Source: Meiothermus sp.
Lineage (GTDB): Bacteria > Deinococcota > Deinococci > Deinococcales > Thermaceae
Assembly: GCA_033762915.1 (NCBI GenBank)
Contig: JANRLD010000025.1
Span: 12,488-76,487, forward strand
Direction: 5' to 3'
DNA: 64,000 nt
The notes under the pieces: generated by a model
Told to the model about the DNA's origin: nothing
Database searches by the model: none
What the model saw: the letters and a program-made list of their open reading frames with translations, nothing else
In this document: positions 58,762 through 64,000 of the stretch, piece by piece
Layout of the letters: every line of letters begins with the position of its first letter
Position numbering within the stretch: position 1 is the first letter of the stretch
Translations under genes and position numbers: made by a program

Positions 58762-58784
58762 AAACCGCCCTTCGGGGCGGTTTT
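58762..58784 (+). terminator. Intrinsic terminator after tRNA-His
   Basis: AAACCGCCC-TTCGG-GGCGGTTTT hairpin with T tail. Confidence 0.8.
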
Positions 58785-58874
58785 CTCTTGGGCCTCGAGG
58801 CCGGTGGAGGAACGCCCCGGGGCCACCCGCAGCCCAACCTTGATTCGCCGGTGGAAAAACATAAGAATGCCCTC

Positions 58875-59483
58875 ATGCACAAATTGATGGTTATTGGACT
58901 GTCCGCCGTATTGACCCCCCTGGCCCTGGCCCAGCTCGGCGAGATGCCGCCGTTCGCCAGCGGCGGCCCGCCCCACCTCACCATCGCCCAGCGGAACTTC
59001 GTCCAGTACAAGACCTCCGGCCTCCTGAACGCCCCCAACGTGCGGGCCAGGCTCTACGCCGACGACCTGAGCAAGCTTCAGGTCTGCTCGCTCGAGGATG
59101 CTATCCACAGCGGCGACGCCTTCGAGCCGTTGGGCTATGGGGAGGCGTTCGGCTTCGCAGTCGCCCGCGGGCAACTGCTGTCCGGGCGGCTGGGCGGAAC
59201 TGGGTGCGGCGGTCTGGCCCTATACAACGTTTTCATGTTCAGCCGGGAGGCCCTCGCTGTGTGGAAACAACGGTTCGAGCAGCCGCTCTACCAGGATCTC
59301 CTCACCAAGCGCGGCTTCGCCGTGGACCTCAGCGTGGAAGTCCTGGAGTACCACCCCAGGGGGCTGATCCTCGAGCTGCGGGTTAAGCTGGTCGTGTACA
59401 ACAAGGGTTTCCGTAAAATCCGCCAATCCACCGGCCTGCTAAGCACCGACCTGCGCACCGGAGCCGCGGTCTACCTGGAATAA
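58875..59483 (+). CDS. Hypothetical secreted protein
   Basis: Signal peptide MHKLMVIGLSAVLTPLALA/Q from ATG 58875; the longer ORF start overlaps the tRNA. Confidence 0.65.
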   Translation: MHKLMVIGLSAVLTPLALAQLGEMPPFASGGPPHLTIAQRNFVQYKTSGLLNAPNVRARLYADDLSKLQVCSLEDAIHSGDAFEPLGYGEAFGFAVARGQLLSGRLGGTGCGGLALYNVFMFSREALAVWKQRFEQPLYQDLLTKRGFAVDLSVEVLEYHPRGLILELRVKLVVYNKGFRKIRQSTGLLSTDLRTGAAVYLE

Positions 59484-59500
59484 CGGCTGCAGATCTCATA

Positions 59501-59588
59501 GCGGCTCCCACCCTTTCGCCTCACGCACGGATGCGCTAAAGCACCCGGCACATCCGGGTTTGGGCATTCAGAGAATCCGTGGGAACAC
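59501..59588. repeat. REP/MITE-like element copy 6 (degenerate)
   Basis: GCGGCTCCCAC...GCGCTAAAGC...GTGGGAAC. Confidence 0.5.
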
Positions 59589-59733
59589 CGTCCCGGCTGG
59601 GAACAGACCTTTTGGCCGAAGTCCGGCCCCAAATTCGCTGGGGGGATCAGCTCGAGAACTGTCACAGGTATCGCCACAGCGTTGGAGCGCAGTGCGCCCA
59701 GGGCTGGACTTGGCGAACTGATCCAGCCAGCGC

Positions 59734-60141
59734 TCAGCCCACCAGTAGCCGGTGCGAGACCGCCAGGCAGGCGTCTTGCACCACCGGTATTCCGGCCGCC
59801 TCGAGCGCTTTGCCGAAGTGCTCGTTGCGGATGCCCGACTGGAGCCAGACCAGCCGGGGCCTGAGGGCCAGAACTTCCTCGAGGTGCCCCCCCAGGGTCT
59901 CGGAGCGGCGAAAGACGTTGAGAATGTCCACGGGCTCGTCAACCTCGCCCAGGCTGGCCCGCACCCGTTCACCCCACAGGGTCTGGCCCGCGTAGGTGGG
60001 GTTGACCGGGACGATGCGGTAGCCCTTGGCGTGCATCCGCTGGGGGATGTAGAAGCCCGCCTTGTCCGGGTTGGGGGTAGCGCCCAGCACCGCGATGGTG
60101 CGGCTGCCGGTCAGGAACTCGCGGGTGTCCTCGGGTTGCAT
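59734..60141 (-). CDS. CoA-binding domain protein (YccU-like)
   Basis: TIAVLGA, GYRIVPVNP, VDILNVFRRS, VWLQSGI and VVQDAC motifs. Confidence 0.9.
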   Translation of the reverse strand: MQPEDTREFLTGSRTIAVLGATPNPDKAGFYIPQRMHAKGYRIVPVNPTYAGQTLWGERVRASLGEVDEPVDILNVFRRSETLGGHLEEVLALRPRLVWLQSGIRNEHFGKALEAAGIPVVQDACLAVSHRLLVG

Positions 60142-60701
60142 TAGCCCTTATGCTGCGTCAAGAGTCGCTGGATTTCCGTGTTGCCCGTCTCCATTGCCTG
60201 CTCGAGGGGGGTCTTGCCCTGGAAGTTTTTCCAGTCCAGGTCGGGCCGGGTGTGCCCCAGGAGCCAGGCCACGACGTCGGTATGGCCCTTCGCGACTGCC
60301 AGGCTCAGCGCGAGGTTCTCGGCCCCCAGCGCCCCCTGGGACGCCAGCAGCTCGAGCAACTCCACCTCACCCGAGAGCGCTGCGTGCGGCAGCATGGGGA
60401 TGCCGTGGGCACTGATGGCCTGGGCCAGGGCAGGGTCGAGGGCCAGCATGGCCCGCACCTCATGGGCGCGGCCCAGCATCAGCGCCGTCCAGATTTCCAG
60501 CGGCGCGCCCGCCTCGAGCAAGAACTCGGCAATGGCTCGGTTGCCCACGTGCGCCGCCGCCTGGATGGCGGTCTCGCTGTCTCCTGGCCGCCAGGGGTGG
60601 GCCTGGTTCAGAAGTTCAGGGGACTCAGCCAGCATGGCCTTTACCTTGTCGAGGTCGCCGTGGCCGGCGATCACAAACTCGCGGACTTGTTCGGGGTTCA
60701 T
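60141..60701 (-). CDS. Ankyrin-repeat protein
   Basis: GDLDKVKAML, ETAIQAAAHVGNRAIAEFLLEAGA and GKTPLEQA motifs. Confidence 0.85.
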   Translation of the reverse strand: MNPEQVREFVIAGHGDLDKVKAMLAESPELLNQAHPWRPGDSETAIQAAAHVGNRAIAEFLLEAGAPLEIWTALMLGRAHEVRAMLALDPALAQAISAHGIPMLPHAALSGEVELLELLASQGALGAENLALSLAVAKGHTDVVAWLLGHTRPDLDWKNFQGKTPLEQAMETGNTEIQRLLTQHKG

Positions 60702-60705
60702 GGCT

Positions 60706-61554
60706 TCAGGTTACACCCACGAAGCGCTCGGGGTTCTCGAGCCGGAACCTCGCCCAGGCCTCGGCGTCGCGGGGCAGGTTGTGCTCCACCGCCCAGAGGA
60801 AGAAGGGGGTTAGGAAGGAGCGGGCGGTCCGTAGCTCGAGATAGAACAGCTCCGCGCCCAGGCCCCCTGCCTCCAGCAGGCCCGAGGTCTTGAAGTCGTC
60901 CAAGGCCCGCTCCAGGTCGTAGGGAACTGCGCGGAACTCGGTCCGGACCTCGCCGCCCTCCAGCTCGAGCACCAAGTATTGCGCCCGCGTGTCGCGGTTG
61001 AAGGGCGAGCCCACCGCGCCGGAGTTGAGCACCCAGACCCCATGCCGCAGCATGTGGTAGGGACGGTGGGTGTGCGAACCCAGCAGGACGCGGGCCGGGT
61101 ACTGCTCGATGATCTCGCCCAGCGCAGCGTCGGTCAGCCACTCGTCGAGGCCCTCGCGGTAGTGGCGCGGTGAGCCGTGGGTGGCGCGCAGACCGAACTC
61201 CTCGAGGTGGATCTGTGTGGGCAGGCCCGCGATCCAGTCGAGGTGCACCTCGCCGAGCTGTTCGGTGGCCCAGGCCGCCGGTAGAAAGAGGGGGTCGGAG
61301 CGCAGGTGGTCAATCTCGAGATCGTGGTTGGCCCACTTGAGCAGCAGGTCGTCATGGTTGCCCAGGGTGAACAACACTTTGCGACCGTTGGCGTAGTCCC
61401 ACAGCCGCTCGATCACCGCCGCGTTGGAGGGCCCCCGGTTGACGTGGTCGCCATTTACGATCGCCAGGTCGGGGCCCACGCCCTCGAGGTCGGCGAGCAC
61501 CGCCTCGAGGGCGGGCAGGTTGGCATGGATGTCGGCGAGTACGGCGAGGCGCAC
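60706..61554 (-). CDS. Metallophosphoesterase (calcineurin-like)
   Basis: DIHAN, GDHV, GNHD, HGSP and SHTH motifs; AAGGA RBS before GTG 61554. Confidence 0.9.
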   Translation of the reverse strand: MRLAVLADIHANLPALEAVLADLEGVGPDLAIVNGDHVNRGPSNAAVIERLWDYANGRKVLFTLGNHDDLLLKWANHDLEIDHLRSDPLFLPAAWATEQLGEVHLDWIAGLPTQIHLEEFGLRATHGSPRHYREGLDEWLTDAALGEIIEQYPARVLLGSHTHRPYHMLRHGVWVLNSGAVGSPFNRDTRAQYLVLELEGGEVRTEFRAVPYDLERALDDFKTSGLLEAGGLGAELFYLELRTARSFLTPFFLWAVEHNLPRDAEAWARFRLENPERFVGVT

Positions 61555-61729
61555 GGGGTTCCTTGACTGAAAAGCCCCCCTTGTAAGGAGCTGCTGACTT
61601 AGCCGACCAGTGGAGGGGGTACGGGGTTGGGTACGCGGAACAACAGGAAGCAGACTTTTTTGAGCCGTCCCTGGCCGGTGGCGTGGGTCTCTTCGGGCCC
61701 TGGCGTTTGGCGTTCGACGCAGGACGATC

Positions 61730-61954
61730 CTACGGCCGTGTCGAGGAGCCGAAGGGGTTCTCCGCAATCTCGATTAGGCCGGTCAGCACGCCGATGAAGG
61801 CCAGCAGACCGATCACGCTGGTGGCCAGCATGAACATCCAGGCAAAGTCGCGCAGCCCCCACAGCGGCGAACCCTTGGGTACGCGGTAGAGGGCCGCGAA
61901 GCCCGCGATGGACAGCACCCAGAGGGCAAACAGGAGAATCAACGCCCGTACCAT
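61730..61954 (-). CDS. Small two-TM membrane protein
   Basis: MVRALILLFALWVLSIAGFAALY...FAWMFMLATSVIGLLAFIGVLTG; TATCTT 7 nt before ATG. Confidence 0.6.
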   Translation of the reverse strand: MVRALILLFALWVLSIAGFAALYRVPKGSPLWGLRDFAWMFMLATSVIGLLAFIGVLTGLIEIAENPFGSSTRP

Positions 61955-62044
61955 CCCCCCCAAGATAGCCGATTTCGGGGCAAAACCCAACTGCCCGGAC
62001 TGAGATGCCCTATACTTCTAACGAACACTCGTTAGGAGACAGGG

Positions 62045-64000
62045 ATGAAACTCTCGAGCTACCTTTACGGCGGTTGGGTCGAAGGCGATGGCGACGGGGC
62101 CTTGCTGCTGGACGCGGCCTACGGACGTCCGGTGGCGGCCATCAGCAGTGCCGGGCTGGACCTGGGCCGGGCCGCCCACTTCGCCCGCACCGTGGGCAAC
62201 CCCAACCTGCAAAAGCTGACCTTTCACCAGCGGGCCAACCTGCTCAAGGCGCTGGCCCAGTACCTGATGGATCGCAAGGAAGAGTTCTACGCGCTGTCCT
62301 ACAAGACCGGGGCCACCCGGCGCGACAGCTGGGTGGACATCGAGGGGGGCATCGGCACCCTCTTCAGCTACGCCTCGCTGAGCCGTCGCGGGCTCCCCAA
62401 CGAGACCTTCGTGGTCGAGGACGAGCCGACCCCGCTCTCCAAGAGCGGCAGCTTTGTGGCCCGGCACCTGCTCACCTCGAGGCGCGGCGTGGCCGTCCAC
62501 ATCAACGCCTACAACTTCCCGGTCTGGGGGATGCTGGAGAAGCTGGCCCCCAGCCTGATCGCGGGGGTGCCCTCGATCGTCAAGCCCGCGCCGCAGACGG
62601 TCTACCTGGCCGAACGGGTGGTGCGGGCCATGGACGAGTCGGGGCTGCTGCCCGAAGGCGCGGTGCAGCTGTTGGTGGGCGAGCCAGGGAACCTGCTGGA
62701 GGTGCTCGACGAGACCGACACGGTGACCTTCACCGGCTCGGCAGCGACCGGGCGCCGGCTTAAGGTCCACCCCAACCTGATTGGCCACAACGTCCCCTTC
62801 CAGATGGAGGCCGACAGCCTCAACGCCACCGTGCTGGGCATGAGCGTGCAGCCCTCCGACCCCGAGTTTGAGCTGTTCGTCAAAGAAGTTGGCAACGAGA
62901 TGGTCTCCAAGGCGGGCCAGAAGTGCACCGCCATTCGCCGGGTGATCGTGCCGAGGGGCATGGAGGAGCCGGTGATCGAGGCGCTTAAGCAGCGCCTGGC
63001 CAGGACCACCATCGGCGACCCCAGCCTCGAGGCCGTACGCATGGGCGCGCTGGTAGACCGCACCCAGCTCCAGCGCCTCTCGGACAACGTCGCCCAGATT
63101 GCCCGCTCGGCCGAGACCGTGCTGGACGGTTCCAAGGGCTTCGAACTGATCGGCGGCGACCCCGAGCGGGGCAGCTTCATGGGCCCCACCCTGCTCTACT
63201 GCGACCGGCCCCTGCACGCCGCCGAGCCCCACGAGGTGGAGGCTTTCGGGCCGGTGGCCACGGTGATGCCCTACCAGGGCCTCGAGGAGGCCACCGAACT
63301 AACCCGGCGAGGCCGGGGCAGCCTGGCCGGCTCCATAGTGACCTACGACAAAGCCGAAGCCAGGGCCCTCTTCTTCGGGATGGCCAGCGCCCACGGGCGG
63401 GTGCTGATCCTCAACCGTGACAACGCCAAGGAGTCCACCGGGCACGGCTCTCCCCTGCCCCAGTTGGTGCACGGCGGGCCGGGCCGCGCGGGCGGCGGCG
63501 AGGAGTTGGGCGGGCTGCGCTCGGTGCGCCACTACATGCAGCGCACAGCGCTGCAGGCCGACCCCTCCACGCTGGCCTTCCTGGGCAACGAGTGGGTTCG
63601 GGGTGCCGCGGTGAAGGAAGACCCGGTGCACCCCTTCCGCAAATACTTCGAGGACTTGGAGGTGGGCGACAGCCTGCTCACCCATCGCCGCACGGTGAGC
63701 GAGGCCGACATCGTGAACTTCGCAGGCGTCTCCGGCGACTACTTCTACGCCCACGTCGACGAGCTGGCCGCCAAGGACTCCCTCTTCGGCAAGCGGGTGG
63801 CCCACGGCTACTTCCTGGTCTCGGCGGCGGCGGGGCTGTTTGTCTGGCCGGGGGTGGGGCCGGTGCTGGCCAACTACGGCCTCGAGAACCTCCGCTTCGT
63901 CGAGCCGGTGGGGATCGGCGACACCATCCAGGCCCGCCTCACGGTGAAGAAGAAGACCGCCAAAGACCCCAAGCCGGGGGAAAAGGCCACCGGCGTGGTG
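62045..64000 (+). CDS. paaZ: Bifunctional oxepin-CoA hydrolase/aldehyde dehydrogenase PaaZ (runs off window end)
   Basis: Read manually: [65 protein letters not shown] and C-terminal Mao[11 protein letters not shown]...RVAHGYF. Confidence 0.93.
   Translation, partial: MKLSSYLYGGWVEGDGDGALLLDAAYGRPVAAISSAGLDLGRAAHFARTVGNPNLQKLTFHQRANLLKALAQYLMDRKEEFYALSYKTGATRRDSWVDIEGGIGTLFSYASLSRRGLPNETFVVEDEPTPLSKSGSFVARHLLTSRRGVAVHINAYNFPVWGMLEKLAPSLIAGVPSIVKPAPQTVYLAERVVRAMDESGLLPEGAVQLLVGEPGNLLEVLDETDTVTFTGSAATGRRLKVHPNLIGHNVPFQMEADSLNATVLGMSVQPSDPEFELFVKEVGNEMVSKAGQKCTAIRRVIVPRGMEEPVIEALKQRLARTTIGDPSLEAVRMGALVDRTQLQRLSDNVAQIARSAETVLDGSKGFELIGGDPERGSFMGPTLLYCDRPLHAAEPHEVEAFGPVATVMPYQGLEEATELTRRGRGSLAGSIVTYDKAEARALFFGMASAHGRVLILNRDNAKESTGHGSPLPQLVHGGPGRAGGGEELGGLRSVRHYMQRTALQADPSTLAFLGNEWVRGAAVKEDPVHPFRKYFEDLEVGDSLLTHRRTVSEADIVNFAGVSGDYFYAHVDELAAKDSLFGKRVAHGYFLVSAAAGLFVWPGVGPVLANYGLENLRFVEPVGIGDTIQARLTVKKKTAKDPKPGEKATGVV

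Noticed and set aside
58716..58874. N-terminal extension of the 255-aa ORF
   Set aside because: Overlaps tRNA-His and its terminator; the signal peptide begins at ATG 58875.
58049..59483. Genomic island integrated at tmRNA or tRNA-His
   Set aside because: No integrase and no duplicated 3' end of either RNA gene seen in the window.
62018..63232. 404-aa minus-strand ORF
   Set aside because: Antisense to paaZ, which is open on the plus strand to the window end.

Overview
High-GC chromosomal window of a Thermaceae bacterium (Meiothermus/Calidithermus-like). This assignment rests on a Thermus-type gdhA/gdhB pair, many leaderless genes and very frequent CTCGAG. Ordinary content: TetR/PaaI pair, carbohydrate ABC permeases with SBP, phosphotransferase, SDR, YqeY, gdhA-gdhB, dus, slyD, prmA, a COG0523 GTPase, a stand-alone malK, tmRNA, tRNA-His and the start of paaZ. 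Two regions stand out. (1) 26.8-52.5 kb is a seven-gene DUF11-type surface locus whose domain ends suggest a strand-complemented, possibly isopeptide-crosslinked fibre. A 923-aa protein begins with the last two beta-strands of a DUF11 domain and ends with a DUF11 domain lacking them (putative shaft subunit). A paralogue has only the N-terminal donor strands (base/adaptor). Three giant adhesin-like proteins have only the truncated C-terminal acceptor (interchangeable tips). A small lone acceptor domain lacks the Lys/Asp residues (chaperone-like), and a ~1970-aa protein ends in a predicted outer-membrane beta-barrel (usher-like platform). (2) 10.2-21.8 kb is a FadR-regulated catabolic cluster of unknown substrate: creatininase-like, DegT-like, DUF885-like, two PanE-like, M14 deacylase, SBP-5, aminotransferase and permeases. 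A dispersed modular REP/MITE-like repeat family (6 copies) is also present. All assignments are by eye from motifs; no searches were run.
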